Origin: Thermoanaerobacter sp.
GTDB lineage: Bacteria; Bacillota; Thermoanaerobacteria; Thermoanaerobacterales; Thermoanaerobacteraceae
Direction: 5' to 3'
Length of the DNA stretch: 64,000 nt
NCBI GenBank assembly: GCA_014896455.1
Contig: JADBKJ010000006.1
Location: forward strand, 114,793-178,792
Shown: positions 22,209-34,015 of the stretch, piece by piece
Layout of the letters: each line of letters begins with the position of its first letter
How positions within the stretch are numbered: position 1 is the stretch's first letter
The notes under the pieces: model-generated
What the model saw: only the letters and a program-made list of their open reading frames with translations
What the model was told of the DNA's origin: nothing
Database searches by the model: none
Made by a program: the position numbers and the translations under genes

Positions 22209-23594
22209 ATGTCACAAGCAGTCACAATGGATAAAATAGTTGCCCTTGCAAAAAACAGAGGATTTGTTTTTCCAGGGTCTGAAATATATGGGGGGCTTGC
22301 TAATACTTGGGATTATGGACCTCTTGGAGTAGAACTTAAAAACAATATTAAGAGGATGTGGTGGAAAAGATTTATTCAACAAAGTCCTTATAATGTAGGA
22401 ATTGATACTGCAATTTTGATGAATCCAGAAGTGTGGGTTGCATCAGGTCATGTCAGTAGTTTTAGCGATCCTTTAATGGACTGTAAAGAGTGCAAATCAA
22501 GATTTAGAGCCGACCAATTGATTGAAGACTACATTAAAGAAAAGGAATTAAATATTTCTATTGGGGGTTGGACAAATGAACAATTGATGGAATTTATAAA
22601 AGAGCACAAAGTGCCATGTCCAAAATGTGGTGCCTATAATTTTACCGATATTAGGAAGTTTAATCTCATGTTTAAAACCTATCAAGGCGTTACAGAAGAT
22701 TCTAAATCAGAAGTGTATTTGCGACCTGAAACCGCACAAGGAATTTTTGTGAACTTTAAAAACGTTCAAAGGACAACTCGTAAGAAAATACCTTTTGGAA
22801 TAGGACAAATTGGTAAATCTTTTAGAAATGAAATTACTCCTGGTAATTTCATATTCAGAACGAGAGAATTTGAACAGATGGAATTAGAATTTTTCTGTAA
22901 ACCGGGAGAAGATATGGAATGGTTTAGTTACTGGAGAAAATATTGCATGGATTGGCTTTTAGAATTCGGCTTAAAAGAAGAAAACTTAAGATTTAGAGAC
23001 CATAAAAAAGAAGAATTGTCTCATTATAGTACTGCTACTACAGACATAGAATATAATTTTCCCTTTGGATGGGGAGAATTGTGGGGAATAGCTAATAGGA
23101 CAGATTTTGATTTAAGGCAACACATGGAACATTCTGGAGTTGACTTGTCTTATATGGACCCTGTAACAGGAGAAAAGTACATACCATATTGCATTGAGCC
23201 TTCTGTAGGGGTAGATAGACTTTTGTTAGCATTTTTAATTGATGCTTATGATGAAGAAGAAGTAGAAGGGGAAACAAGAGTGGTATTGAGACTCCATCCT
23301 GCTCTTGCTCCTATTAAAGTAGCAGTATTGCCTCTGTCTAAAAAATTAGCGGATAATGCCTATAAAATTTATGACCAGTTGAGAAATAAATTCGTAGTAG
23401 ATTACGATGAGACAGGAAGTATAGGTAAAAGGTATAGAAGACAGGATGAGATAGGCACGCCTTTCTGTATTACTTATGACTTTGATTCGGAAAATGACCA
23501 TTGTGTAACCATAAGAGATAGAGATACTATGCAACAAGTGAGAATAAAAATTGAAGAAGTAGAGAAATATCTTGAAAAAAGGTTAAATTTTTAA
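22209..23594 (+). CDS. glyQS: Glycine--tRNA ligase, homodimeric (alpha2) type
   Basis: [69 protein letters not shown]. Confidence 0.97.
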   Translation: MSQAVTMDKIVALAKNRGFVFPGSEIYGGLANTWDYGPLGVELKNNIKRMWWKRFIQQSPYNVGIDTAILMNPEVWVASGHVSSFSDPLMDCKECKSRFRADQLIEDYIKEKELNISIGGWTNEQLMEFIKEHKVPCPKCGAYNFTDIRKFNLMFKTYQGVTEDSKSEVYLRPETAQGIFVNFKNVQRTTRKKIPFGIGQIGKSFRNEITPGNFIFRTREFEQMELEFFCKPGEDMEWFSYWRKYCMDWLLEFGLKEENLRFRDHKKEELSHYSTATTDIEYNFPFGWGELWGIANRTDFDLRQHMEHSGVDLSYMDPVTGEKYIPYCIEPSVGVDRLLLAFLIDAYDEEEVEGETRVVLRLHPALAPIKVAVLPLSKKLADNAYKIYDQLRNKFVVDYDETGSIGKRYRRQDEIGTPFCITYDFDSENDHCVTIRDRDTMQQVRIKIEEVEKYLEKRLNF

Positions 23595-23785
23595 GGGGAT
23601 CAGGCTTTTTAACTGATTTCCTTGATTTTTTATGTTGCAATAATTTGTGATATAATAGGAAGGAAACGAAAAAGAAAGTTGGTTATCTTGTAAACTTGTG
23701 ATATAATTATACTAAAGTGATAAACCGATAGAAAACGTTTATGAAACGACAGAGGAAAGTATAAATTGTCAAAAACTTTAAAGGG

Positions 23786-24427
23786 GTGATTAAGATTCAA
23801 CTGACAAACCGCCAGCATATAATTATTGACATTGTCAAGAAACATCAACCCATTACAGGGGAACAAATAGCTGAGAAATTAAATGTCACAAGAGCGACTT
23901 TAAGACCGGATTTGGCAATATTAACTATGTCTGGGATCTTAGAAGCTAGGCCAAAAGTAGGATATTTTTATACAGGAAAATCACCCCTCAGTTTAGTAGA
24001 AGATTATATAAAGAGCATAAAAGTAAAAGATATCAAGTCTTTACCTGTAGTGGTAGAGGAAAGTACATCAGTGTATGATGCCATTGTAACACTTTTTTTA
24101 AAAGATGTCGGGACAATTTTTGTACAGGATGGAGGATTTTTAACCGGCGCTGTTTCAAGAAAAGACTTTTTAAAAATCGCAATAGGTAACACTGATATTT
24201 ATAAGGTCCCGGTGGGAATAATTATGACCCGTATGCCTAACATAGTTACAACTTATGATGATGAGCCTGTGTATAATGCTGCTGTTAAAATTATAGAGCA
24301 CGAAGTAGACAGTCTTCCTGTAGTTGAGCCTGTAGTGGGAAGTGATGGAAAACAAGGATACAAAGTGACAGGAAGGATTTCAAAGACCAACATTACTAAA
24401 TTGTTTGTAAAGCTTGGAGAAGGTTAG
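23786..24427 (+). CDS. ccpN: CcpN-type HTH-CBS transcriptional regulator
   Basis: [37 protein letters not shown], tandem CBS domains. Confidence 0.93.
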   Translation: MIKIQLTNRQHIIIDIVKKHQPITGEQIAEKLNVTRATLRPDLAILTMSGILEARPKVGYFYTGKSPLSLVEDYIKSIKVKDIKSLPVVVEESTSVYDAIVTLFLKDVGTIFVQDGGFLTGAVSRKDFLKIAIGNTDIYKVPVGIIMTRMPNIVTTYDDEPVYNAAVKIIEHEVDSLPVVEPVVGSDGKQGYKVTGRISKTNITKLFVKLGEG

Positions 24428-24437
24428 GTGGATTTTA

Positions 24438-25250
24438 ATGGAAGAAGGAGTATCAATTTACTTGGTTTCAGATTCTAATGTAGACACAGCAGAAAACATT
24501 GCGAGTATTGCAGCTGCCCATTTTGATACTTTTATAGAAAAAATAAAGAAATATCCTTATGTTGGAGATAAAAATCAAATAGAAGAGATTATCATGGAGG
24601 CAGCTAATGATGCAAATAGCATAATAATCCATACTATGGTGGTCCCTGAATTAAAAGATTATCTTCTTAAAAAAGCACAGAAATTCGGCATAAAAATAGT
24701 TGATGTGATGGGGCTAGTGATAAATGCTATTGAAGATAGTACTGGTATATCCCCCCATACCAATTTAGCCAAAAATAATAAAGAAGATTATTTAAAAAAA
24801 ATCGAGGTAATAGAATTTGCCGTAAAATATGATGATGGTAAAGATGCAATGGGTATACTATTGGCCGATGTAGTTGTTATAGGGGTTTCTAGAACATCCA
24901 AAACTCCTTTATGCATGTATCTTGCTCATAAATACATAAAAGCTGCTAATTTACCCTTAGTGCCAGAAATTGAACCACCTGAAGAATTATTTGAAATCAA
25001 CCCTAAAAAAATAGTTGGGTTAACTATAGATCCTGAAGTTTTGGTAAAAATAAGGAAAGAGAGATTAAAATCTCTTGGCCTTGATGCCAATGCTATATAC
25101 GCTACTGAAGAAAGAGTTAAAAAAGAGATAAAATATGCTGAGGAGGTGATGAAGAGATTAGGGTGTACTGTAATCGATGTTACAAATAAAGCTGTAGAAG
25201 AAACAGCTAATGTTATATTAAACGTATTAAAAGGAGGAGAGATTTCATGA
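24438..25250 (+). CDS. ppsR: Pyruvate phosphate dikinase regulatory kinase/phosphorylase (PpsR/YqfL)
   Basis: [34 protein letters not shown]; directly upstream of ppdK. Confidence 0.93.
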   Translation: MEEGVSIYLVSDSNVDTAENIASIAAAHFDTFIEKIKKYPYVGDKNQIEEIIMEAANDANSIIIHTMVVPELKDYLLKKAQKFGIKIVDVMGLVINAIEDSTGISPHTNLAKNNKEDYLKKIEVIEFAVKYDDGKDAMGILLADVVVIGVSRTSKTPLCMYLAHKYIKAANLPLVPEIEPPEELFEINPKKIVGLTIDPEVLVKIRKERLKSLGLDANAIYATEERVKKEIKYAEEVMKRLGCTVIDVTNKAVEETANVILNVLKGGEIS

Positions 25251-27880
25251 GTAAAAAGTATGTGTATTTATTTAGTGAAGGCGATGCTTCAATGAGAGAC
25301 CTCTTAGGAGGAAAAGGCGCAAATCTTGCTGAAATGACGAAGTTGGGTTTACCTGTTCCACAAGGATTTACAGTCACCACTGAGGCTTGTACAAGGTACT
25401 ATCACGATGGTAAGACTATAGCTCCAGAAATTGTTGAACAAATCTATGAATATATGGCTAAATTAGAAGAAATTACAGGTAAAAAATTTGGAGACCCAAC
25501 AAATCCTTTATTAGTATCTGTAAGGTCTGGCGCGAGAGTTTCAATGCCAGGTATGATGGATACTATTTTAAACCTTGGTTTAAATGACGAAACAGTAGAA
25601 GGCCTTGCTAAAGCTACAAACAATGAAAGATTTGCCTATGACAGCTATAGAAGATTTATTCAAATGTTCTCAGATGTTGTAATGGGAATTGACAAAAATA
25701 AATTTGAAGCTATTTTAGATGAAGTAAAAGAGGAAAATGGTGCAAAATTTGATACAGATTTAACAGCTGAAAACCTCAAAGAGGTGGTAAAAAGGTTTAA
25801 AGAACTTTATAAAAAAGAAATGGGAGTAGACTTCCCACAAGATCCAAAAGAACAACTTCTGGAAGCTGTAAAAGCAGTATTTAGGTCTTGGGATAATCCA
25901 AGGGCTATAGTGTACAGAAGACTTAACGACATACCAAGTGATTGGGGTACAGCAGTAAATGTTCAATCAATGGTATTTGGTAACATGGGTAATGATTCAG
26001 GTACAGGTGTTGCTTTCACAAGGAATCCCGCAACTGGTGAAAAGGCTTTATTTGGCGAATTCTTGATGAATGCTCAAGGCGAAGACGTTGTTGCAGGTAT
26101 TAGAACGCCTCAACCAATTTCAACCTTGAAAGAGACTATGCCAGAAGTTTATAACCAATTTGCAGAAATTGCTGAGAAATTGGAGAAACACTATAAAGAC
26201 ATGCAGGACATAGAGTTTACTATTGAGAAAGGTAAACTCTACATGCTACAGACAAGAAACGGAAAGAGAACTGCTCAAGCAGCTTTGAAAGTAGCTGTAG
26301 ACCTAGTAGCTGAAGGTTTAATAGATGAAAAAACAGCAGTCTTAAGAGTAGATCCAAAGCAATTAGATCAATTATTGCATCCTACCTTTGAACCAAATGC
26401 GTTAAAAGCTGCTAAACCTGTTGCAAAAGGTTTACCTGCTTCTCCTGGTGCTGCATCAGGAAAAGTATATTTTACTGCTGATGAAGCAATAGAAGCTGCG
26501 AAAAAAAGAGGAGAGAGAGTAATTCTTGTAAGAGCAGAGACATCTCCAGATGACATTGAAGGTATGTCTGTAGCACAAGGGATACTTACAACTCGCGGTG
26601 GTATGACATCTCACGCAGCTGTTGTTGCAAGAGGAATGGGTACAGCTTGCGTAGTAGGTTGTGGCGATGCAAAGATAGACGAGCAAGCAAAATTAATGAG
26701 AATTGGCGATATAGAAGTTCGCGAGGGAGACTACATATCTATAGATGGTAGCACAGGCAATGTTTATATTGGTGAAATAAAGACTGTTACACCTGAGTTA
26801 ACTGGAGATTTTGCAACTCTCATGAGCTGGGCAGACAAATATAGAAAATTAAAAGTAAAAACTAATGCAGATATACCAAAAGATGCAAAAGTTGCAGTTC
26901 AGTTTGGCGCTGAAGGAATAGGCCTTTGCAGGACAGAGCATATGTTCTTTGATGAAGATAGAATTCCTGCTATGAGAGAAATGATTGTCTCAAAGACAGA
27001 AGAACAAAGAAGAAAAGCTTTAGAAAAACTATTGCCTATGCAAAGGTCAGACTTTGAAGGTTTGTTTGAAGTTATGGGTGAATTCCCTGTTACTATACGC
27101 CTTTTAGATCCACCATTGCATGAATTTTTACCTCATACAGATGAAGAAATTAAAGAACTTGCAGAAAACATGGGTATAACTTTTGAAGAGCTAAAAGCAA
27201 CAGTAGAAAGCTTAAAAGAGTTTAACCCAATGTTAGGTCATAGAGGCTGTAGATTAGCTATAACTTATCCAGAAATTGCTGAAATGCAGACAAGAGCTAT
27301 TATAGAAGCTGCTATAAACGTAAAGAAGAAAACAGGCAAAGACGTAAAACCGCAGATTATGATACCACTTGTAGGTGAACTTAAAGAGCTTAAATACCTC
27401 AAAGACATAATAGTAAAAGTAGCTGACGAAGTTATAAAACAAAACAATGTTGAAATAAAATATCTTGTAGGAACAATGATAGAGGTACCGAGAGCAGCTC
27501 TTACAGCTGACCAAATTGCTAAGGAAGCAGAATTCTTCTCCTTTGGTACGAATGACTTGACTCAGATGACTTTTGGTTTCTCAAGGGATGATGCTGGCAA
27601 ATTCCTTGAAACTTATTATGAAAAGAAGATATATGAATTTGATCCATTTGCTAAGCTTGACCAAGAGGGTGTTGGCAAGTTAGTAGAAATGGGTACTAAA
27701 CTTGGAAGGCAGACAAGACCTGACCTTGAAATAGGTATATGTGGTGAACACGGTGGAGACCCATCTTCTATTGAATTCTGCCACAAAGTAGGCCTTGATT
27801 ATGTCTCTGCTTCACCTTATAGAGTGCCTATTGCAAGACTGGCTGCTGCTCAGGCGGCAATAAAATACGATAATAAATAA
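25247..27880 (+). CDS. ppdK: Pyruvate, phosphate dikinase
   Basis: [62 protein letters not shown]. Confidence 0.99.
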   Translation: MSKKYVYLFSEGDASMRDLLGGKGANLAEMTKLGLPVPQGFTVTTEACTRYYHDGKTIAPEIVEQIYEYMAKLEEITGKKFGDPTNPLLVSVRSGARVSMPGMMDTILNLGLNDETVEGLAKATNNERFAYDSYRRFIQMFSDVVMGIDKNKFEAILDEVKEENGAKFDTDLTAENLKEVVKRFKELYKKEMGVDFPQDPKEQLLEAVKAVFRSWDNPRAIVYRRLNDIPSDWGTAVNVQSMVFGNMGNDSGTGVAFTRNPATGEKALFGEFLMNAQGEDVVAGIRTPQPISTLKETMPEVYNQFAEIAEKLEKHYKDMQDIEFTIEKGKLYMLQTRNGKRTAQAALKVAVDLVAEGLIDEKTAVLRVDPKQLDQLLHPTFEPNALKAAKPVAKGLPASPGAASGKVYFTADEAIEAAKKRGERVILVRAETSPDDIEGMSVAQGILTTRGGMTSHAAVVARGMGTACVVGCGDAKIDEQAKLMRIGDIEVREGDYISIDGSTGNVYIGEIKTVTPELTGDFATLMSWADKYRKLKVKTNADIPKDAKVAVQFGAEGIGLCRTEHMFFDEDRIPAMREMIVSKTEEQRRKALEKLLPMQRSDFEGLFEVMGEFPVTIRLLDPPLHEFLPHTDEEIKELAENMGITFEELKATVESLKEFNPMLGHRGCRLAITYPEIAEMQTRAIIEAAINVKKKTGKDVKPQIMIPLVGELKELKYLKDIIVKVADEVIKQNNVEIKYLVGTMIEVPRAALTADQIAKEAEFFSFGTNDLTQMTFGFSRDDAGKFLETYYEKKIYEFDPFAKLDQEGVGKLVEMGTKLGRQTRPDLEIGICGEHGGDPSSIEFCHKVGLDYVSASPYRVPIARLAAAQAAIKYDNK

Positions 27881-27887
27881 TTAATTT

Positions 27888-27918
27888 CAAAGGCAGCAAA
27901 TCAAATTTGCTGCCTTTG
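27888..27918 (+). terminator. Terminator after ppdK
   Basis: CAAAGGCAGCAAAT-caa-ATTTGCTGCCTTTG 14-bp stem. Confidence 0.8.
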
Positions 27919-28001
27919 TACATTTAAGATTATTGTTTTTTGACCATTCATGTTATAATATTAAGTAAAATTGGTAACTTTAATAGCAGGAGGAGAGCTA
28001 A

Positions 28002-28553
28002 ATGGATAGAAACATGGCTTTAGCACTTGTCAAAGAATATGTGTCAGATGAGACTTTAATAAATCACATGATAGCTACAGGTGCTATAATGGGAGGTTTA
28101 GCTGAAAGATTAGGGCAAGATGTTGAAAGATGGGTAGCTACAGGGATATTACATGACATAGACTACCAAGAGACTAAGGACAATCCAGAACTGCACAGTA
28201 TAAGAGGGGGAGAAATTTTAAGAGAGCATGGTCTTGATGAGGAAATAGTACATGCAGTTATGGCACATAATGAAATTCATGGCATTGAGAGGATAACTCT
28301 TCTTGACAAAGCTCTTTTCGCGGTTGACCCTTTATCAGGTTTAATTACTGCAACAGCTTATGTGATGCCTTCTAAAAAATTGGAGGAGGTGCAAGTAAAA
28401 TCATTAAAGAAAAAGTTTAAAGATAAGACTTTTGCTAAAGGAGCAAATCGCGACCAAATCAAAACTTGTGAAGAATTTGGAATTTCTTTAGACGAATTTT
28501 TAGAGATTGCCCTTAATGAAATGAAAAAAATCGCACCACAGATAGGATTGTGA
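28002..28553 (+). CDS. HDIG-domain metal-dependent phosphohydrolase
   Basis: LINHMIAT, GILHDIDY, AVMAHN, LFAVDPLSGLI, KDKTFAKGANR. Confidence 0.88.
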   Translation: MDRNMALALVKEYVSDETLINHMIATGAIMGGLAERLGQDVERWVATGILHDIDYQETKDNPELHSIRGGEILREHGLDEEIVHAVMAHNEIHGIERITLLDKALFAVDPLSGLITATAYVMPSKKLEEVQVKSLKKKFKDKTFAKGANRDQIKTCEEFGISLDEFLEIALNEMKKIAPQIGL

Positions 28554-28556
28554 GGA

Positions 28557-30725
28557 ATGAGAATGAATGTGAAGGAAAAACTTCTAGAATTAATGAATGA
28601 AGAAGATTATAAGCCTTCTAAAATAGAGGAAATAATGAAAATATTAGGGATAGACTATAGTCAAAAAAGCATTTTAGAAAAAATATTAAAAGAGATGGAA
28701 AAAGAGGGACTTGTTTTTAAAACAAAACGAGGTAAATATGCTCTTCCTGAAAGATTAGATTTGGTCAAAGGTAAGATTGAATTTCATTCAAGAGGCTATG
28801 GCTTTTTAATTCCCGAAGATAGCAATATAAAGGACATATTCATACCTGTAAGCGGCATGAACGGTGCAATGCATGATGACACTGTTTTGGTAAGAGTTAC
28901 AAAAAGGGTGGATGGAAAGAGTGAAGAGGGAGAAGTTGTAAAAATTCTCAAAAGGGCAAATACAACTATTGTTGGAACTTACGAAAAAAGCAAAAATTTT
29001 GGCTTTGTAGTACCAGACAACAAAAAGATCCATCAAGATATATTTATTCCTAAAGGAGAAGATAAAGGCGCCAAAACAGGCATGAAAGTTGTAGCCAGAA
29101 TTACTAAATGGCCTGAAGGAAGGCGAAGTCCTGAAGGGGAGATTATAGAAATATTAGGGTATAAAGGTGACCCTGGCATAGATGTAATGTCCATTATAAG
29201 GGAATATGATATTCCTGAAATTTTTCCTAAAGAGGTTTTAAAGGAAACAGAAGAGATATCGACAGAAATTCCTGAAGAAGAAAAAAAGAGAAGAGTCGAT
29301 TTGACTAACTTAAACTTTGTCACAATTGATGGAGAAGATGCAAAAGATTTGGACGACGCAGTATGTGTTCAAAAACTGTCAGAAGAAAATTATCTTTTAT
29401 ATGTGAGTATTGCAGATGTGAGTCACTACGTAAAAGAAGGTGCTCATTTAGATAAAGAAGCATTAAAGAGAGGATGTAGTGTATATTTCATCGATAGAGT
29501 AATACCAATGCTGCCACCTAAGTTATCTAATGGTATTTGCAGTTTAAATCCGCAGGAAGAAAGACTGACTCTCACTGTTAAAATGAAAATAAACTCTCAA
29601 GGAGAAGTTGTAGACCATGAAATTTTTGAAAGCATTATAAAGAGCAAAGAGAGAATGACATATACGAATGTTTACAAACTCTTAGAAGAAAATGATGAAG
29701 AATTAAAAAAGAGGTATCAGTATCTATTGGAAGATTTTAAACTAATGAAAGAGCTAGCTCTTGTTTTGCTAGAGAAGAGGAAAAGAAGAGGCAGTGTAGA
29801 TTTTGATTTTCCTGAAGCTAAAGTAATAGTAGACGAGAAAGGTAAGCCAATAGATATTGTAAAAGTTGAAAGAAATATAGCTCACAGGATAATTGAAGAA
29901 TTTATGTTAGCAGCTAATGAAACGGTAGCGGAACACATGCATTGGTTAAATGTACCTTTTGTTTATAGAATTCATGAACATCCCGATATAGAAAAGCTGA
30001 TTGCTTTTAATAAGTTTATTCACAATTTGGGGTATCATGTAAAAGGAATTGAAGGAGGACAAATACATCCGAAGTCTTTGCAAGAATTAATAAGACAAGT
30101 TAGAGGAAAGAGTGAGCAAAGAGTTGTAGAAACTTTGCTTTTAAGGTCTTTAAAAAGGGCAAGATACAGTCCAGAAGACATTGGCCATTATGCTTTGGCG
30201 ACCCAATATTATACTCACTTTACTTCTCCTATAAGGAGATATCCTGACCTTATAATTCACAGGATAATCAAAGAATACATAAATGGAAAATTAACAGAAA
30301 AAAGGCAACGCCATTACAACAGAATTTTAAATGACATTGCTTTAAAATCTTCTGAGAGAGAAAGAGCAGCAGAAGCTGCAGAAAGAGAAATAGAAGAATT
30401 AAAGAAAGTAGAGTACATGGCAGATAGAATAGGGAATGTTTATAAAGGGATAATTTCCAACGTGACAAATTACGGGTTTTTTGTAGAACTTGACAACACT
30501 GTGGAAGGGTTAGTAGATGTTGCTTCATTGGAGGATGACTATTACCATTTTGATCCAGAAAGATATGTTTTAATTGGTGAAAAGAGCAAAAAAGTTTACT
30601 CTATTGGTAAAGAGGTTTATGTAAAAGTTGTTCATGTAGATGTGGATAGGAGAGAAATAGACTTTGTTTTAGCGGAAGAAGAAAAAGATAATTTAGGGAT
30701 TGGCTTAACCGAGCATAAAAGCTGA
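28557..30725 (+). CDS. rnr: Ribonuclease R
   Basis: VTIDGEDAKDLDDA, SIADVSHYV, IEEFMLAANE, HFTSPIRRYPDL, C-terminal S1 domain. Confidence 0.98.
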   Translation: MRMNVKEKLLELMNEEDYKPSKIEEIMKILGIDYSQKSILEKILKEMEKEGLVFKTKRGKYALPERLDLVKGKIEFHSRGYGFLIPEDSNIKDIFIPVSGMNGAMHDDTVLVRVTKRVDGKSEEGEVVKILKRANTTIVGTYEKSKNFGFVVPDNKKIHQDIFIPKGEDKGAKTGMKVVARITKWPEGRRSPEGEIIEILGYKGDPGIDVMSIIREYDIPEIFPKEVLKETEEISTEIPEEEKKRRVDLTNLNFVTIDGEDAKDLDDAVCVQKLSEENYLLYVSIADVSHYVKEGAHLDKEALKRGCSVYFIDRVIPMLPPKLSNGICSLNPQEERLTLTVKMKINSQGEVVDHEIFESIIKSKERMTYTNVYKLLEENDEELKKRYQYLLEDFKLMKELALVLLEKRKRRGSVDFDFPEAKVIVDEKGKPIDIVKVERNIAHRIIEEFMLAANETVAEHMHWLNVPFVYRIHEHPDIEKLIAFNKFIHNLGYHVKGIEGGQIHPKSLQELIRQVRGKSEQRVVETLLLRSLKRARYSPEDIGHYALATQYYTHFTSPIRRYPDLIIHRIIKEYINGKLTEKRQRHYNRILNDIALKSSERERAAEAAEREIEELKKVEYMADRIGNVYKGIISNVTNYGFFVELDNTVEGLVDVASLEDDYYHFDPERYVLIGEKSKKVYSIGKEVYVKVVHVDVDRREIDFVLAEEEKDNLGIGLTEHKS

Positions 30726-30834
30726 AACATATATTGACACTATTTAAAAATGTGTTATAATATAATAGCGGCGAGGGTGCCCTATTTGTGACACACAAGT
30801 AGGGCAATTTTCCCCTAAAGAGGGTGTTTAAAAT

Positions 30835-31305
30835 TTGGCGAAGGAAGAAATTAAAATAATCGCTCAAAACAAAAAAGCTTACCATGATTACTTCATTGAA
30901 GAAACTTATGAAGCAGGAATAGTGCTTAGTGGAACTGAAGTTAAATCTATTAGGATGGGGAAAGTCAATTTAAAAGATAGCTTTGCAAGAGTTGAAAACA
31001 ACGAAGTTTATCTTTATAATATGCATATAAGTCCTTATGAAAAAGGCAATATATTTAATAAAGACCCCTTAAGGACCAGAAAATTACTTCTCAATAGACA
31101 TGAGATTAATAAACTAATTGGTTATGTAACAAGGAAGGGTTACACTTTAATTCCTACAAAGCTTTATTTAAAGCGAGGCCTTGTCAAAGTCGAATTAGCT
31201 GTAGCGAGAGGTAAAAAACTCTACGATAAGAGAGAAGATATTGCGAGAAGAGATGCAAAAAGAGAATTAGAAAAACACTTTAAAGAAAAACAATTAGGCA
31301 TATAA
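30835..31305 (+). CDS. smpB: SsrA-binding protein SmpB
   Basis: [37 protein letters not shown]; TTG start; followed by tmRNA. Confidence 0.98.
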
Positions 31306-31308
31306 CAT

Positions 31309-31660
31309 GGGGGTGTACTGGTTTCGACGGGGGCAGTCGAGGTAGAAGTAGCGAGCCGAGTTGTCCGCCAGCTCGTAAAAACGGTGGAGTAAAAATAAAC
31401 GCAGACAGAGAATTAGCTTACGCTGCCTAATTAAAGGCGGCCGTCCAACCTGAAATGCCCACGTTTCAGGATTGGGCGTCAAAAAGTGGGGAACTGGTTT
31501 TGCTCAGGCTTCGGGGCAAAACCGGAACTTATGAAGCTACCGAGGCGGTTATCCTGTCGCTGGGAGAACCGCTGAGGGAAAGTTAAAACAGCGACTGCGC
31601 TCGGAGAAGCTTTTACTGTGACGCCTTCGGACCGGGGTTCGACTCCCCGCACCTCCACCA
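31309..31660 (+). ncRNA. ssrA: tmRNA (tag peptide ADRELAYAA* at 31401-31430)
   Basis: 5' GGGGGTGTACTGGTTTCGACGGGG; 3' GGTTCGACTCCCCGCACCTCCACCA with G3:U acceptor pair; resume region ATAAAC-GCA GAC AGA GAA TTA GCT TAC GCT GCC TAA. Confidence 0.98.
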
Positions 31661-31671
31661 AAAATAAATAT

Positions 31672-31747
31672 GGGGCTGTAGCTCAGTTGGGAGAGCGCCA
31701 CAATGGCATTGTGGAAGTCGTGGGTTCAAGTCCCATCAGCTCCACCA
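31672..31747 (+). tRNA. tRNA-Ala(GGC)
   Basis: 76 nt cloverleaf; anticodon arm CCACA-ATGGCAT-TGTGG; G3:U70; GGTTCAAGTCC T arm; encoded CCA. Confidence 0.97.
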
Positions 31748-31755
31748 GAAAAATC

Positions 31756-31796
31756 AAGGGTTCTAGGTATCCGGCAAGGTACCAGAACCCTTTTTT
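31756..31796 (+). terminator. Terminator after tRNA-Ala
   Basis: AAGGGTTCT..GGTATC / GGTACC..AGAACCC followed by T6. Confidence 0.75.
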
Positions 31797-32057
31797 GGTG
31801 CCCGTATGGAGGTGTCAAGATTATGATAGACTTGGGAAAGGTCAGACTACTTTTTGAAGCACAATATATAATAGAAAAAAAGAGAACCAAGGGAGTCTTT
31901 GTATTTTTCTCTATGATAGCAAGAAGATAAAAGCACATGACAAACATGAGTGTTTTGTTACATTTTGCTTGATATTAGTGAAGATATATATTATAATGAA
32001 TTAAAAAAGCAATTTAAAAATGATATTTTTATTTCACAATAGGAGGTACTGAAGCTT

Positions 32058-32570
32058 ATGGAATTTCTAACGCCTGGTGATAAGGCGAAGGAGGAGGAAC
32101 AAAAACTTGTATTAGAGCTATTAAATCTTGAGGTAGAAAGGCTTAAAACCCAAAAGTCTTTAGAAGATTTAGCAATAGAGATTGAAAATTTAACTGTAGC
32201 TATTCAGGAAAAATCTAAAGAAATACAAATGGTAGATAAAGACATAGAAAAGGAAAAAGAAATAATAAAGACTTGGTTTAGGTTTTTGTATATGGATGGA
32301 ACAAATGCTATATTATCACTTCTGCTTATGTCACAAAATTCCAGCGAATTATTGCATAGGCTTATTTACATAGACATTGTAACCAATTATTTTTACAATA
32401 AACTAGAAAATTTAAATAAGCTTGTAAACTATAAAAGAGAAGAGGAAAATAGATTAACCTCTCAAAGATTGCAGCTTATAGAAAAACAAAAAGAACAAAT
32501 AGAATTGCTAAAAAAAATAGACGAAAACAAAAACAATCTTATACATTATCTATCAATCATTATTAAATAA
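32058..32570 (+). pseudogene. Coiled-coil protein resembling the PcsB/CwlO-type N-terminal domain, probably 3'-truncated
   Basis: GGAGG RBS; heptad-rich; FRFLYMDG..AILSLLLMSQNSSELLHRL resembles the R.RALY..G....L..LL.S....DF..R motif; no catalytic domain follows. Confidence 0.45.
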
Positions 32571-32705
32571 AAACCATTCTCCTGGATGGGAGTCTTTCAA
32601 AATAATTTCTTTTTATTGTTATTCAAATTAATTATTTTAATATACAAGGTACCATTAGTATCCGCAGCATAAGCTAGACTTAAAAGCAGGTGTATTAGTG
32701 AGCCA

Positions 32706-33365
32706 GCAGTTTCAATTGATTATATTCAGAAGTGTTTATCAGTGTTAGATAAAGAAAAAGATTTTGAGTACTATGTATATATAAAGTCAATAGAAGCGAA
32801 TTGCTATAGAGACATGAAAGAATATGATAAGGCTTTAGAAATATTTAGAGGACTAGTCGAAGAAATAAAAGACAATAATAACCCTTTATTGGGTTTTCTT
32901 TATACCAACATTGGAGAAGTTTATATGGAAAAAAATGATTTTGAAAAATCAATGGAATATTTAAATGAAGCCGAAAAAATCAGGCGAAAAGAAGATAAAA
33001 ATTTACTATCACATACTCTTATTGAAAAAGCAAATCTTTATATAAAAATGGGTTTATACAAAGAAGCACGTTCTTTATTGGAAGAAGGCATTGAAATATC
33101 CTACAGGAACAAGGATATAGAATATATAGTAAAAGGCAGTTATCTTCTGGCGGAAGTATATAAAAAGTTAGGAAATAAACAGGCTATCATAGAAACATAT
33201 AAAAGGCTGGCAAACATTCTCCAAAACATGGGTAGTAAAAAAGAAACTTTAAAGACCTATATAGAACTGGCATTGCTTTATATTGAGAATAACGATGTTA
33301 GTAATGCTAAATATTTTTTGGAAAAATCCAGAGAAGTAATTGAACAAAAAACAATAAAAAAATAA
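32706..33365 (+). pseudogene. 5'-truncated TPR protein of RRNPP/HTH-TPR peptide-receptor type
   Basis: Tandem TPRs (ANCYRDMKEYDKALEIF; LYTNIGEVYMEKNDFEKSMEYLNEAEKI; EKANLYIKMGLYKEARSLLEEG); frame open upstream of the GTG (AVSIDYIQKCLS) with no RBS or HTH; followed by a propeptide gene. Confidence 0.65.
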
Positions 33366-33373
33366 AAAATATA

Positions 33374-33401
33374 TTGCATTTTTATTTTTTTACGTTATAA
33401 T
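33374..33401 (+). promoter_or_regulatory. Probable promoter for the small peptide gene
   Basis: TTGCAT-16bp-TATAAT. Confidence 0.55.
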
Positions 33402-33439
33402 AAGGGCAAAAGAGTAGACAGTTAAGAGGGGGGAACAGG

Positions 33440-33547
33440 ATGGGGAGGAAACTTAAGGTGCTACTCACATCACTGGTGTTTCTTGCCTATGTATATGGGG
33501 CTTTTATTGTAATCCCACTTGAAAATCCTCCTATTTGGGTAGGTTAA
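33440..33547 (+). CDS. 35-aa putative quorum-sensing propeptide MGRKLKVLLTSLVFLAYVYGAFIVIPLENPPIWVG
   Basis: Below the ORF-track cutoff; RBS AGAGGGGGG; basic N-terminus, hydrophobic core, polar Pro/Trp tail; directly after the TPR gene. Confidence 0.7.
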   Translation: MGRKLKVLLTSLVFLAYVYGAFIVIPLENPPIWVG

Positions 33548-33831
33548 GGGGTAATAATATCAATAGCGGGTTAAAATTGAGCTACTTTTAATAATTTTAA
33601 ATTAAGTTGTTGATCTTTCCTAAATACTTCCATTGTCCTCAGTTGCATAAAAATAGTTTGTTACAAAAAACACAACCAATAAAAGTAGCAACTAATATCA
33701 ATATTACTTTTTCATAAGACATAACCTCACTTTCTTTTAAATTTTATACGTTTTTAGACTCTCCCACTGCTTATAACGCTACTTGCTGAAGAATACTACC
33801 CTGAAATCGAAAAATGCTGTCATAACATTTA

Positions 33832-34015
33832 AAATGCAAAAATTCAAAGGAAGCAAAAATAGAACTAAAAAGATGGATGCAGTTAACTAAAGAAAGCAAA
33901 ATTGTTGAATTTAAAAGATGTGTGCAAGTATTTAACCGGTGGTTTGAAGAAATAACAAATGCGAATGTTTCCTTACACTAATTCTGTAACAGAAGGCTAT
34001 AACAATAAAATTAAG
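33832..34015 (+). pseudogene. ISL3-family transposase C-terminal fragment
   Basis: KEAKIELKRWMQLTKESKIVEFKRCVQVFNRWFEEITNA, then after a frameshift FPYTNSVTEGYNNKIK (ISL3 S/TNG..EG.NNKIK motif). Confidence 0.75.

Noticed and set aside
458-30885. Many 60-140 aa ORFs antisense to or overlapping core genes
   Set aside because: Shadow frames of well-supported genes, with no RBS or recognisable motifs.
31294-31947. ORFs overlapping tmRNA and tRNA-Ala
   Set aside because: Explained by the structural RNAs.
32570-32705. Possible minus-strand gene scrap (..YAADTNGTLYIKIINLNNNK.. / ..EIILKDSHPGEWFLFNND)
   Set aside because: It looks coding and may be another inverted fragment, but I cannot assign a family or boundaries.
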